Assembly: GCA_964016885.1 (NCBI GenBank)
Contig: CAXHJY010000898.1
Coordinates: 248,001 to 312,000 of the forward strand
Direction of reading: 5' to 3'
Length of the DNA stretch: 64,000 nt
DNA from: Eledone cirrhosa
Lineage: Eukaryota
Of this stretch, positions 10,401 to 24,200 are shown piece by piece. The position numbers were made by a program, and so were the translations under genes. Under the pieces are notes generated by a model that saw only the letters and a program-made list of their open reading frames with translations, did not search any database and was not told the DNA's origin. Position 1 is the first letter of the stretch. Each line of letters opens with the position of its first letter.

Positions 10401-13400
10401 GGATAGCTTAGGATAGCTTAGCTTAGCTTAGCTTAGGATAGCTTAGCTTAGCTTAGCTTAGGATAGCTTAGCTTAGCTTAGCTTAGGATAGCTTAGCTTA
10501 GCTTAGGATAGCTTAGCTTAGCTTAGCTTAGGATAGCTTAGCTTAGCTTAGCTTAGGACAGCTTAGCTTAGCTTAGCTTAGGATAGCTTAGCTTAGCTTA
10601 GGATAGCTTAGCTTAGCTTAGCTTAGGATAGCTTAGCTTAGGATAGCTTAGCTTAGGATAGCTTAGCTTGGGTTAGCTTAGCTTAGCTTAGCTTAGGATA
10701 GCTTAGGATAGCTTAGCTTAGGATAGCTTAGCTTAGCTTAGCTTAGGATAGCTTAGCTTAGCTTAGCTTAGGATAGCTTAGCTTAGCTTAGCTTAGGATA
10801 GCTTAGCTTAGCTTAGCTTAGGATAGCTTAGCTTAGGATAGCTTAGGATAGCTTAGCTTAGCTTAGCTTAGGATAGCTTAGCTTAGCTTAGCTTAGGATA
10901 GCTTAGCTTAGCTTAGGATAGCTTAGCTTAGCTTAGCTTAGGATAGCTTAGCTTAGCTTAGCTTAGGATAGCTTAGCTTAGCTTAGCTTAGGATAGCTTA
11001 GGATAGCTTAGGATAGCTTAGCTTAGCTTAGCTTAGGATAGCTTAGCTTAGCTTAGCTTAGGATAGCTTAGCTTAGCTTAGCTTAGGATAGCTTAGCTTA
11101 GCTTAGGATAGCTTAGCTTAGCTTAGGATAGCTTAGCTTAGCTTAGCTTAGGATAGCTTAGCTTAGCTTAGCTTAGGATAGCTTAGCTTAGCTTAGCTTA
11201 GGATAGCTTAGCTTAGCTTAGGATAGCTTAGCTTAGCTTAGGATAGCTTAGCTTAGCTTAGCTTAGGATAGATTAGCTTAGCTTAGGATAGCTTAGCTTA
11301 GCTTAGCTTAGGATAGCTTAGCTTAGCTTAGTTTAGGATAGCTTAGCTTAGCTTAGCTTAGGATAGCTTAGCTTGGCTTAGCTTAGGATAGCTTAGCTTA
11401 GCTTAGCTTAGGATAGCTTAGCTTAGGATAGCTTAGCTTAGCTTAGCTTAGGATAGCTTAGCTTAGCTTAGCTTAGGATAGCTTAGCTTAGGATAGCTTA
11501 GCTTAGCTTAGCTTAGGATAGCTTAGCATAGCTTAGCTTAGGATAGCTTAGCTTAGCTTAGCTTAGGATAGCTTAGCTTAGCTTAGCTTAGGATAGCTTA
11601 GCTTAGCTTAGCTTAGGATAGCTTAGCTTAGCTTAGCTTAGGATAGCTTAGCTTAGCTTAGCTTAGGATAGCTTAGCATAGCTTAGCTTAGGATAGCTTA
11701 GCTTAGCTTAGCTTAGGATAGCTTAGCTTAGCTTAGGATAGCTTAGCTTAGCTTGGCTTAGGATAGCTTAGCTTAGCTTGGCTTAGGATAGCTTAGCTTA
11801 GCTTAGCTTAGGATAGCTTAGCTTAGGATAGCTTAGGATAGCTTAGCTTAGCTTAGCTTAGGATAGCTTAGCTTAGTTTAGGATAGCTTAGCTTAGCTTA
11901 GCTTAGGATAGCTTAGGATAGCTTAGCTTAGGATAGCTTAGGATAGCTTAGCTTAGGATAGCTTAGGATAGCTTAGCTTAGGATAGCTTAGGATAGCTTA
12001 GGTTAGGATAGCTTAGCTTAGGATAGCTTAGGATAGCTTAGCTTAGGATAGCTTAGGATAGCTTAGCTTAGGATAGCTTAGGATAGCTTAGCTTAGGATA
12101 GCTTAGCTTAGGATAGCTTAGGAAAGCTTAGCTTAGCTTAGCTTAGGATAGCTTAGCTTAGCTTAGCTTAGGATAGCTTAGCTTAGCTTAGCTTAGGATA
12201 GCTTAGGATAGCTTAGCTTAGGATAGCTTAGGATAGCTTAGCTTAGGATAGCTTAGCTTAGGATAGCTTAGCTTAGGATAGCTTAGGATAGCTTAGCTTA
12301 GGATAGCTTAGGATAGCTTAGCTTAGGTAGCTTAGCTTAGGATAGCTTAGGATAGCTTAGCTTAGCTTAGCTTAGGATAGCTTAGCTTAGCTTAGGATAG
12401 CTTAGCTTAGCTTAGCTTAGCTTAGGATAGCTTAGCTTAGCTTAGGATAGCTTAGGATAGCTTAGCTTAGGATAGCTTAGGATAGCTTAGCTTAGGATAG
12501 CTTAGGATAGCTTAGCTTAGGATAGCTTAGGATAGCTTAGCTTAGGATAGCTTAGCTTAGGATAGCTTAGCTTAGCTTAGCTTAGGATAGCTTAGCTTAG
12601 GATAGCTTAGGATATCTTAGGTTAGGATAGCTTAGCTTAGGATAGCTTAGGATAGATTAGCTTAGCTTAGCTTAGGATAGCTTAGCTTAGCTTAGCTTAG
12701 GATAGCTTAGCTTAGCTTAGGATAGCTTAGCTTAGCTTAGCTTAGGATAGCTTAGCTTAGCTTAGCTTAGGATAGCTTAGCTTAGCTTAGGATAGCTTAG
12801 CTTAGCTTAGCTTAGGATAGCTTAGCTTAGCTTAGCTTAGGATAGCTTAGCTTAGGATAGCTTAGCTTAGGATAGCTTAGCTTAGGTTAGCTTAGCTTAG
12901 CTTAGCTTAGGATAGCTTAGGATAGCTTAGCTTAGGATAACTTAGCTTAGCTTAGCTTAGGATAGCTTAGCTTAGCTTAGCTTAGGATAGCTTAGCTTAG
13001 CTTAGCTTAGGATAGCTTAGCTTAGGATAGCTTAGGATTGCTTAGCTTAGCTTAGCTTAGGATAGCTTAGCTTAGCTTAGCTTAGGATAGCTTAGCTTAG
13101 CTTAGGATAGCTTAGCTTAGCTTAGCTTAGGATAGCTTAGCTTAGCTTAGCTTAGGATAGCTTAGCTTAGCTTAGCTTAGGATAGCTTAGCATAGCTTAG
13201 GATAGCTTAGCTTAGCTTAGCTTAGGATAGCTTAGCTTAGCTTAGGATAGCTTAGCTTAGCTTAGCTTAGGATAGCTTAGCTTAGCTTAGGATAGCTTAG
13301 CTTAGCTTAGCTTAGGATAGCTTAGCTTAGCTTAGCTTAGGATAGCTTAGCTTAGCTTAGCTTAGGATAGCTTAGCTTAGCTTAGCTTAGGATAGCTTAG

Positions 13401-15106
13401 CTTAGCTTAGCTTAGGATAGATTAGCTTAGCTTAGGATAGCTTAGCTTAGCTTAGGAAAGCTTAGCTTAGCTTAGGATAGCTTAGCTTAGCTTAGCTTAG
13501 GAGAGCTTAGCTTAGCTTAGCTTAGGATAGCTTAGCTTAGCTTAGGATAGCTTAGCTTAGCTTAGGTAGCTTAGCTTAGCTTAGCTTAGGATAGCTTAGC
13601 TTAGCTTAGCTTAGCTTAGGATAGCTTAGCTTAGCTTAGCTTAGGAGAGCTTAGCTTAGCTTAGCTTAGGATAGCTTAGGATAGCTTAGCTTAGGATAGC
13701 TTAGGATAGCTTACCTTAGGAGAGCTTAGCTTAGGATAGCTTAGCTTAGGATAGCTTAGGATAGCTTAGCTTAGGATAGCTTAGCTTAGGATAGCTTAGC
13801 TTAGGATAGCTTAGGATAGCTTAGCTTAGCTTAGCTTAGGATAGCTTAGCTTAGCTTAGCTTAGGATAGCTTAGCTTAGGTTAGCTTAGCTTAGCTTAGC
13901 TTAGCTTAGGATAGCTTAGCTTAGGATAGCTTAGGATAGCTTAGGATAGCTTAGCTTAGGATAGCTTAGCTTAGGATAGCTTAGGATAGCTTAGCTTAGG
14001 ATAGCTTAGGATAGCTTAGCTTAGGATAGCTTAGCTTAGGATAGCTTAGGATAGCTTAGCTTAGCTTAGCTTAGGATAGCTTAGCTTAGCTTAGCTTAGG
14101 ATAGCTTAGCTTAGCTTAGGATTGCTTAGCTTAGCTTAGCTTAGGATAGCTTAGGATAGCTTAGCTTAGGATAGCTTAGCTTAGGATAGCTTAGGATAGC
14201 TTAGGATAGCTTAGCTTAGCTTAGCTTAGGATAGCTTAGCTTAGCTTAGCTTAGGATAGCTTAGCTTAGCTTAGCTTAGGATAGCTTAGCTTAGCTTAGG
14301 ATAGCTTAGCTTAGCTTAGCTTAGGATAGCTTAGCTTAGCTTAGCTTAGGACAGCTTAGCTTAGCTTAGCTTAGGATAGCTTAGCTTAGCTTAGGATAGC
14401 TTAGCTTAGCTTAGCTTAGGATAGCTTAGCTTAGGATAGCTTAGCTTAGGATAGCTTAGCTTGGGTTAGCTTAGCTTAGCTTAGCTTAGGATAGCTTAGG
14501 ATAGCTTAGCTTAGGATAGCTTAGCTTAGCTTAGCTTAGGATAGCTTAGCTTAGCTTAGCTTAGGATAGCTTAGCTTAGCTTAGCTTAGGATAGCTTAGC
14601 TTAGCTTAGCTTAGGATAGCTTAGCTTAGGATAGCTTAGGATAGCTTAGCTTAGCTTAGCTTAGGATAGCTTAGCTTAGCTTAGCTTAGGATAGCTTAGC
14701 TTAGCTTAGGATAGCTTAGCTTAGCTTAGCTTAGGATAGCTTAGCTTAGCTTAGCTTAGGATAGCTTAGCTTAGCTTAGCTTAGGATAGCTTAGGATAGC
14801 TTAGGATAGCTTAGCTTAGCTTAGCTTAGGATAGCTTAGCTTAGCTTAGCTTAGGATAGCTTAGCTTAGCTTAGCTTAGGATAGCTTAGCTTAGCTTAGG
14901 ATAGCTTAGCTTAGCTTAGGATAGCTTAGCTTAGCTTAGCTTAGGATAGCTTAGCTTAGCTTAGCTTAGGATAGCTTAGCTTAGCTTAGCTTAGGATAGC
15001 TTAGCTTAGCTTAGGATAGCTTAGCTTAGCTTAGGATAGCTTAGCTTAGCTTAGCTTAGGATAGATTAGCTTAGCTTAGGATAGCTTAGCTTAGCTTAGC
15101 TTAGGA
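7480..15106 (+). repeat. Near-perfect 3793-bp tandem duplication (two copies)
   Basis: Constant offset 3793 for TTTAG 7539/11332, CTTGG 7959/11752, GTAG 8534/12327, GATAT 8818/12611, GTAG 9773/13566, GACAG 10557/14350 and ATTAG 11272/15065. Confidence 0.92.
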
Positions 15107-18100
15107 AAGCTTAGCTTAGCTTAGGATAGCTTAGCTTAGCTTAGCTTAGGATAGCTTAGGATAGCTTAGCTTAGGATAGCTTAGGATAGCTTAGCTTAGG
15201 ATAGCTTAGGATAGCTTAGGTTAGGATAGCTTAGCTTAGGATAGCTTAGGATAGCTTAGCTTAGGATAGCTTAGGATAGCTTAGCTTAGGATAGCTTAGG
15301 ATAGCTTAGCTTAGGATAGCTTAGCTTAGGATAGCTTAGGAAAGCTTAGCTTAGCTTAGCTTAGGATAGCTTAGCTTAGCTTAGCTTAGGATAGCTTAGC
15401 TTAGCTTAGCTTAGGATAGCTTAGGATAGCTTAGCTTAGGATAGCTTAGGATAGCTTAGCTTAGGATAGCTTAGCTTAGGATAGCTTAGCTTAGGATAGC
15501 TTAGGATAGCTTAGCTTAGGATAGCTTAGGATAGCTTAGCTTAGGATAGCTTAGCTTAGGATAGCTTAGGATAGCTTAGCTTAGCTTAGCTTAGGATAGC
15601 TTAGCTTAGCTTAGCTTAGGATAGCTTAGCTTAGCTTAGCTTAGCTTAGCTTAGCTTAGCTTAGGATAGCTTAGGATAGCTTAGCTTAGGATAGCTTAGG
15701 ATAGCTTAGCTTAGGATAGCTTAGCTTAGGATAGCTTAGCTTAGCTTAGCTTAGGATAGCTTAGCTTAGGATAGCTTAGGATAGCTTAGCTTAGGATAGC
15801 TTAGCTTAGGATAGCTTAGGATAGCTTAGCTTAGCTTAGCTTAGGATAGCTTAGCTTAGCTTAGCTTAGGATAGCTTAGCTTAGCTTAGGATAGCTTAGC
15901 TTAGCTTAGCTTAGGATAGCTTAGCTTAGCTTAGCTTAGGATAGCTTAGCTTAGGATAGCTTAGGATAGCTTAGCTTAGCTTAGCTTAGGATAGCTTAGC
16001 TTAGCTTAGCTTAGGATAGCTTAGCTTAGCTTAGGATAGCTTAGCTTAGCTTAGCTTAGGATAGCTTAGCCTAGCTTAGCTTAGGATAGCTTAGCTTAGC
16101 TTAGCTTAGGATAGCTTAGCTTAGGATAGCTTAGGATAGCTTAGCTTAGCTTAGCTTAGGATAGCTTAGCTTAGCTTAGGATAGCTTAGCTTAGCTTAGG
16201 ATAGCTTAGCTTAGCTTAGCTTAGGATAGCTTAGCTTAGCTTAGCTTAGGATAGCTTAGCTTAGGTTAGCTTAGGATAGCTTAGGATAGCTTAGGATAGC
16301 TTAGCTTAGCTTAGCTTAGCTTAGGATAGCTTAACTTAGCTTAGGATAGCTTAGCTTAGCTTAGCTTAGGATAGCTTAGCTTAGCTTAGCTTAGGATAGC
16401 TTAGCTTAGCTTAGCTTAGGATAGCTTAGCTTAGCTTAGCTTAGGATAGCTTAGCTTAGCTTAGCTTAGGATAGCTTAGCTTAGCTTAGCTTAGAATAGC
16501 TTAGCTTAGGATAGCTTAGCTTAGGATAGCTTAGGATAGCTTAGCTTAGGATAGCTTAGGATAGCTTAGCTTAGGATAGCTTAGCTTAGCTTAGCTTAGG
16601 ATAGCTTAGCTTAGCTTAGGATAGCTTAGCTTAGCTTAGCTTAGGATAGCTTAGCTTAGGATAGCTTAGGAAAGCTTAGCTTAGCTTAGCTTAGCTTAGC
16701 TTAGCTTAGCTTAGGATAGCTTAGCTTAGCTTAGGATAGTTTAGCTTAGCTTAGCTTAGGATAGCTTAGCTTAGCTTAGCTTAGGATAGCTTAGCTTAGC
16801 TTAGCTTAGGATAGCTTAGCTTAGCTTAGGATAGCTTAGCTTAGCTTAGCTTAGGATAGCTTAGCTTAGCTTAGGATAGCTTAGCTTAGCTTAGCTTAGG
16901 ATAGCTTAGCTTAGCTTAGCTTAGGAAAGCTTAGCTTAGGATAGCTTAGCTTAGCTTAGGATAGCTTAGCTTAGCTTAGCTTAGGATAGCTTAGCTTAGC
17001 TTAGCTTAGGATAGCTTAGCTTAGCTTAGCTTAGTATAGCTTAGCTTAGCTTAGCTTAGGATAGCTTAGCTTAGCTTAGCTTAGGATAGCTTAGCTTAGC
17101 TTAGCTTAGGATAGCTTAGCTTAGCTTAGCTTAGGATAGCTTAGCTTAGCTTAGCTTAGGATAGCTTAGCTTAGCTTGGCTTAGGATAGCTTAGCTTAGC
17201 TTGGCTTAGGATAGCTTAGCTTAGCTTAGCTTAGGATAGCTTAGCTTAGCTTAGCTTAGCTTAGCTTAGCTTAGGATAGCTTAGCTTAGCTTAGCTTAGC
17301 TTAGGATAGCTTAGCTTAGCTTAGCTTAGCTTAGGATAGCTTAGCTTAGCTTAGCTTAGCTTAGCTTAGGATAGCTTAGCTTAGCTTAGCTTAGGATAGC
17401 TTAGCTTAGTTTAGGATAGCTTAGCTTAGCTTAGCTTAGGATAGCTTAGGATAGCTTAGCTTAGGATAGCTTAGGATAGCTTAGCTTAGGATAGCTTAGG
17501 ATAGCTTAGGTTAGGATAGCTTAGCTTAGGATAGATTAGGATAGCTTAGCTTAGGATAGCTTAGGATAGCTTAGCTTAGGATAGCTTAGGATAGCTTAGC
17601 TTAGAATAGCTTAGCTTAGGATAGCTTAGGAAAGCTTAGCTTAGCTTAGCTTAGGATAGCTTAGCTTAGCTTAGCTTAGGATAGCTTAGCTTAGCTTAGC
17701 TTAGGATAGCTTAGGATAGCTTAGCTTAGGATAGCTTAGGATAGCTTAGCTTTGGATAGCTTAGCTTAGGAGAGCTTAGCTTAGGATAGCTTAGGATAGC
17801 TTAGCTTAGGATAGCTTAGGATAGCTTAGCTTAGGATAGCTTAGCTTAGGATAGCTTAGGATAGCTTAGCTTAGCTTAGCTTAGGATAGCTTAGCTTAGC
17901 TTAGCTTAGCTTAGGATAGCTTAGCTTAGCTTAGCTTAGCTTAGGATAGCTTAGCTTAGCTTAGCTTAGGATAGCTTAGGATAGCTTAGCTTAGGATAGC
18001 TTAGGATAGCTTAGCTTAGGATAGCTTAGGATAGCTTAGCTTAGGATAGCTTAGGATAGCTTAGCTTAGGATAGCTTAGCTTAGGATAGCTTAGGATAGA

Positions 18101-21100
18101 TTAGCTTAGGATAGCTTAGGATAGCTTAGCTTAGCTTAGCTTAGGATAGCTTAGCTTAGCTTAGCTTAGGATAGATTAGCTTAGCTTAGGATAGCTTAGC
18201 TTAGCTTAGCTTAGGAAAGCTTAGCTTAGCTTAGGATAGCTTAGCTTAGCTTAGCTTAGGATAGCTTAGGATAGCTTAGCTTAGGATAGCTTAGGATAGC
18301 TTAGCTTAGGATAGCTTAGGATAGCTTAGGTTAGGATAGCTTAGCTTAGGATAGCTTAGGATAGCTTAGCTTAGGATAGCTTAGGATAGCTTAGCTTAGG
18401 ATAGCTTAGGATAGCTTAGCTTAGGATAGCTTAGCTTAGGATAGCTTAGGAAAGCTTAGCTTAGCTTAGCTTAGGATAGCTTAGCTTAGCTTAGCTTAGG
18501 ATAGCTTAGCTTAGCTTAGCTTAGGATAGCTTAGGATAGCTTAGCTTAGGATAGCTTAGGATATCTTAGCTTAGGATAGCTTAGCTTAGGATAGCTTAGC
18601 TTAGGATAGCTTAGGATAGCTTAGCTTAGGATAGCTTAGGATAGCTTAGCTTAGGATAGCTTAGCTTAGGATAGCTTAGGATAGCTTAGCTTAGCTTAGC
18701 TTAGGATAGCTTAGCTTAGCTTAGCTTAGGATAGCTTAGCTTAGCTTAGCTTAGCTTAGCTTAGCTTAGCTTAGCTTAGCTTAGCTTAGGATAGCTTAGG
18801 ATAGCTTAGCTTAGGATAGCTTAGGATAGCTTAGCTTAGGATAGCTTAGCTTAGGATAGCTTAGCTTAGCTTAGCTTAGGATAGCTTAGCTTAGGATAGC
18901 TTAGGATAGCTTAGCTTAGGATAGCTTAGCTTAGGATAGCTTAGGATAGCTTAGCTTAGCTTAGCTTAGGATAGCTTAGCTTAGCTTAGCTTAGGATAGC
19001 TTAGCTTAGCTTAGGATAGCTTAGCTTAGCTTAGCTTAGGATAGCTTAGCTTAGCTTAGCTTAGGATAGCTTAGCTTAGGATAGCTTAGGATAGCTTAGC
19101 TTAGCTTAGCTTAGGATAGCTTAGCTTAGCTTAGCTTAGGATAGCTTAGCTTAGCTTAGGATAGCTTAGCTTAGCTTAGGATAGCTTAGCCTAGCTTAGC
19201 TTAGGATAGCTTAGCTTAGCTTAGCTTAGGATAGCTTAGCTTAGGATAGCTTAGGATAGCTTAGCTTAGCTTAGCTTAGGATAGCTTAGCTTAGCTTAGG
19301 ATAGCTTAGCTTAGCTTAGGATAGCTTAGCTTAGCTTAGCTTAGGATAGCTTAGCTTAGCTTAGCTTAGGATAGCTTAGCTTAGGTTAGCTTAGGATAGC
19401 TTAGGATAGCTTAGGATAGCTTAGCTTAGCTTAGCTTAGCTTAGGATAGCTTAACTTAGCTTAGGATAGCTTAGCTTAGCTTAGCTTAGGATAGCTTAGC
19501 TTAGCTTAGCTTAGGATAGCTTAGCTTAGCTTAGCTTAGGATAGCTTAGCTTAGCTTAGCTTAGGATAGCTTAGCTTAGCTTAGCTTAGGATAGCTTAGC
19601 TTAGCTTAGCTTAGAATAGCTTAGCTTAGGATAGCTTAGCTTAGGATAGCTTAGGATAGCTTAGCTTAGGATAGCTTAGGATAGCTTAGCTTAGGATAGC
19701 TTAGCTTAGCTTAGCTTAGGATAGCTTAGCTTAGCTTAGGATAGCTTAGCTTAGCTTAGCTTAGGATAGCTTAGCTTAGGATAGCTTAGGAAAGCTTAGC
19801 TTAGCTTAGCTTAGCTTAGCTTAGCTTAGCTTAGGATAGCTTAGCTTAGCTTAGGATAGTTTAGCTTAGCTTAGCTTAGGATAGCTTAGCTTAGCTTAGC
19901 TTAGGATAGCTTAGCTTAGCTTAGCTTAGGATAGCTTAGCTTAGCTTAGGATAGCTTAGCTTAGCTTAGCTTAGGATAGCTTAGCTTAGCTTAGGATAGC
20001 TTAGCTTAGCTTAGCTTAGGATAGCTTAGCTTAGCTTAGCTTAGGATAGCTTAGCTTAGGATAGCTTAGCTTAGCTTAGGATAGCTTAGCTTAGCTTAGC
20101 TTAGGATAGCTTAGCTTAGCTTAGGATAGCTTAGCTTAGCTTAGCTTAGTATAGCTTAGCTTAGCTTAGCTTAGGATAGCTTAGCTTAGCTTAGCTTAGG
20201 ATAGCTTAGCTTAGCTTAGCTTAGGATAGCTTAGCTTAGCTTAGCTTAGGATAGCTTAGCTTAGCTTAGCTTAGGATAGCTTAGCTTAGCTTGGCTTAGG
20301 ATAGCTTAGCTTAGCTTGGCTTAGGATAGCTTAGCTTAGCTTAGCTTAGGATAGCTTAGCTTAGCTTAGCTTAGCTTAGCTTAGCTTAGCTTAGGATAGC
20401 TTAGCTTAGCTTAGCTTAGCTTAGGATAGCTTAGCTTAGCTTAGCTTAGCTTAGGATAGCTTAGCTTAGCTTAGCTTAGCTTAGCTTAGGATAGCTTAGC
20501 TTAGCTTAGCTTAGGATAGCTTAGCTTAGTTTAGGATAGCTTAGCTTAGCTTAGCTTAGGATAGCTTAGGATAGCTTAGCTTAGGATAGCTTAGGATAGC
20601 TTAGCTTAGGATAGCTTAGGATAGCTTAGGTTAGGATAGCTTAGCTTAGGATAGATTAGGATAGCTTAGCTTAGGATAGCTTAGGATAGCTTAGCTTAGG
20701 ATAGCTTAGGATAGCTTAGCTTAGAATAGCTTAGCTTAGGATAGCTTAGGAAAGCTTAGCTTAGCTTAGCTTAGGATAGCTTAGCTTAGCTTAGCTTAGG
20801 ATAGCTTAGCTTAGCTTAGCTTAGGATAGCTTAGGATAGCTTAGCTTAGGATAGCTTAGGATAGCTTAGCTTTGGATAGCTTAGCTTAGGAGAGCTTAGC
20901 TTAGGATAGCTTAGGATAGCTTAGCTTAGGATAGCTTAGGATAGCTTAGCTTAGGATAGCTTAGCTTAGGATAGCTTAGGATAGCTTAGCTTAGCTTAGC
21001 TTAGGATAGCTTAGCTTAGCTTAGCTTAGCTTAGGATAGCTTAGCTTAGCTTAGCTTAGCTTAGGATAGCTTAGCTTAGCTTAGCTTAGGATAGCTTAGG

Positions 21101-21210
21101 ATAGCTTAGCTTAGGATAGCTTAGGATAGCTTAGCTTAGGATAGCTTAGGATAGCTTAGCTTAGGATAGCTTAGGATAGCTTAGCTTAGGATAGCTTAGC
21201 TTAGGATAGC
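15040..21210 (+). repeat. ~3110-3120-bp tandem duplication (two slightly diverged copies)
   Basis: ATTAG 15065/18175 and GAAAG 15105/18215 (offset 3110); CCTAG 16070/19190 and CTTTG 17750/20870 (3120); CTTGG 17175/20290 (3115). Confidence 0.88.
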
Positions 21211-24200
21211 TTAGCTTAGCTTAGCTTAGGATAGCTTAGCTTAGGATAGCTTAGGATAGCTTAGCTTAGGATAGCTTAGCTTAGGATAGCTTAGGATAGC
21301 TTAGCTTAGCTTAGCTTAGGATAGCTTAGCTTAGCTTAGCTTAGGATAGCTTAGCTTAGCTTAGGATAGCTTAGCTTAGCTTAGCTTAGGATAGCTTAGC
21401 TTAGCTTAGCTTAGGATAGCTTAGCTTAGCTTAGCTTAGGATAGCTTAGCTTAGCTTAGGATAGCTCAGCTTAGCTTAGCTTAGGAAAGCTTAGCTTAGC
21501 TTAGCTTAGGATAGCTTAGCTTAGGATAGCTTAGCTTAGGATAGCTTAGCTTAGGTTAGCTTAGCTTAGCTTAGCTTAGGATAGCTTAGGATAGCTTAGC
21601 TTAGGATAGCTTAGCTTAGCTTAGCTTAGGATAGCTTAGCTTAGCTTAGCTTAGGATAGCTTAGCTTAGCTTAGCTTAGGATAGCTTAGCTTAGGATAGC
21701 TTAGGATAGCTTAGCTTAGCTTAGCTTAGGATAGTTTAGCTTAGCTTAGCTTAGGATAGCTTAGCTTAGCTTAGGATAGCTTAGCTTAGCTTAGCTTAGG
21801 ATAGCTTAGCTTAGCTTAGCTTAGGATAGCTAAGCTTAGGTTAGCTTAGGATAGCTTAGGATAGCTTAGCTTAGGATAGCTTAGGATAGCTTAGCTTAGG
21901 ATAGCTTAGCTTAGGATAGCTTAGCTTAGGTTAGCTTAGCTTAGCTTAGCTTAGGATAGCTTAGGATAGCTTAGCTTAGGATAGCTTAGCTTAGCTTAGC
22001 TTAGGATAGCTTAGCTTAGGATAGCTTAGGATAGCTTAGCTTAGGATAGCTTAGCTTAGGATAGCTTAGCTTAGGATAGCTTAGGATAGCTTAGCTTAGC
22101 TTAGCTTAGGATAGCTTAGCTTAGCTTAGCTTAGGATAGCTTAGCTTAGGTTAGCTTAGCTTAGCTTAGCTTAGGATAGCTTAGCTTAGGATAGCTTAGG
22201 ATAGCTTAGCTTAGGATAGCTTAGCTTAGGATAGCTTAGGATAGCTTAGCTTAGGATAGCTTAGAATAGCTTAGCTTAGGATAGCTTAGCTTAGGATAGC
22301 TTAGGATAGCTTAGCTTAGCTTAGCTTAGGATAGCTTAGCTTAGCTTAGCTTAGGATAGCTTAGCTTAGCTTAGCTTAGGATAGCTTAGCTTAGCTTAGC
22401 TTAGGATAGCTTAGGATAGCTTAGCTTAGGATAGCTTAGGATAGCTTAGGATAGCTTAGCTTAGCTTAGCTTAGGATAGCTTAGCTTAGCTTAGCTTAGG
22501 ATAGCTTAGCTTAGCTTAGCTTAGGATAGCTTAGCTTAGCTTAGGATAGCTTAGCTTAGCTTAGCTTAGGATAGCTTAGCTTAGCTTAGCTTAGGATAGC
22601 TTAGCTTAGCTTAGGATAGCTTAGCTTAGCTTAGGATAGCTTAGCTTAGCTTAGCTTAGGATAGCTTAGCTTAGCTTAGCTTAGGATAGCTTAGCTTAGC
22701 TTAGCTTAGGATAGCTTAGCTTAGCTTAGCTTAGGATAGCTTAGCTTAGCTTAGCTTAGGATAGCTTAGCTTAGCTTAGCTTAGGATAGCTTAGCTTAGC
22801 TTAGCTTAGGATAGATTAGCTTAGCTTAGGATAGCTTAGCTTAGCTTAGCTTAGGAAAGCTTAGCTTAGCTTAGGATAGCTTAGCTTAGCTTAGCTTAGG
22901 AGAGCTTAGCTTAGCTTAGGATAGCTTAGCTTAGCTTAGCTTAGGATAGCTTAGCTTAGCTTAGCTTAGGTAGCTTAGCTTAGCTTAGCTTAGGATAGCT
23001 TAGCTTAGCTTAGCTTAGGATAGCTTAGGATAGCTTAGCTTAGGATAGCTTAGGATAGCTTACCTTAGGAGAGCTTAGCTTAGGATAGCTTAGCTTAGGA
23101 TAGCTTAGGATAGCTTAGCTTAGGATAGCTTAGCTTAGGATAGCTTAGCTTAGGATAGCTTAGGATAGCTTAGCTTAGCTTAGCTTAGGATAGCTTAGCT
23201 TAGCTTAGCTTAGGATAGCTTAGCTTAGGTTAGCTTAGCTTAGCTTAGCTTAGGATAGCTTAGGATAGCTTAGCTTAGGATAGCTTAGGATAGCTTAGCT
23301 TAGGATAGCTTAGGATAGCTTAGCTTAGGATAGCTTAGCTTAGGATAGCTTAGGATTGCTTAGCTTAGGATAGCTTAGGATAGCTTAGCTTAGGATAGCT
23401 TAGCTTAGGATCGCTTAGGATAGCTTAGCTTAGCTTAGCTTAGGATAGCTTAGCTTAGCTTAGCTTAGGATAGCTTAGCTTAGCTTAGCTTAGGATAGCT
23501 TAGCTTAGCTTAGCTTAGGATAGCTTAGGATAGCTTAGCTTAGGATAGCTTAGGATAGCTTAGCTTAGGATAGCTTAGGATAGCTTAGCTTAGGATAGCT
23601 TAGCTTAGGATAGCTTAGCTTAGGATAGCTTAGGATAGCTTAGCTTAGGATAGCTTAGGATAGCTTAGCTTAGGATAGCTTAGCTTAGGATAGCTTAGCT
23701 TAGGATAGCTTAGGATAGCTTAGCTTAGCTTAGCTTAGGATAGCTTAGCTTAGCTTAGCTTAGGATAGCTTAGCTTAGCTTAGCTTAGGATAGCTTAGCT
23801 TAGCTTAGCCTAGGATAGCTTAGGATAGCTTAGCTTAGGATAGCTTAGGATAGCTTAGCTTAGGTTAGCTTAGGATAGCTTAGCTTAGGATAGATTAGCT
23901 TAGGATAGCTTAGCTTAGGATAGCTTAGGATAGCTTAGCTTAGGATAGCTTAGGATAGCTTAGCTTAGAATAGCTTAGCTTAGGATAGCTTAGGAAAGCT
24001 TAGCTTAGCTTAGCTTAGGATAGCTTAGCTTAGCTTAGCTTAGGATAGCTTAGCTTAGCTTAGCTTAGGATAGCTTAGGATAGCTTAGCTTAGGATAGCT
24101 TAGGATAGCTTAGCTTTGGATAGCTTAGCTTAGGAGAGCTTAGCTTAGGATAGCTTAGGATAGCTTAGCTTAGGATAGCTTAGGATAGCTTAGCTTAGGA

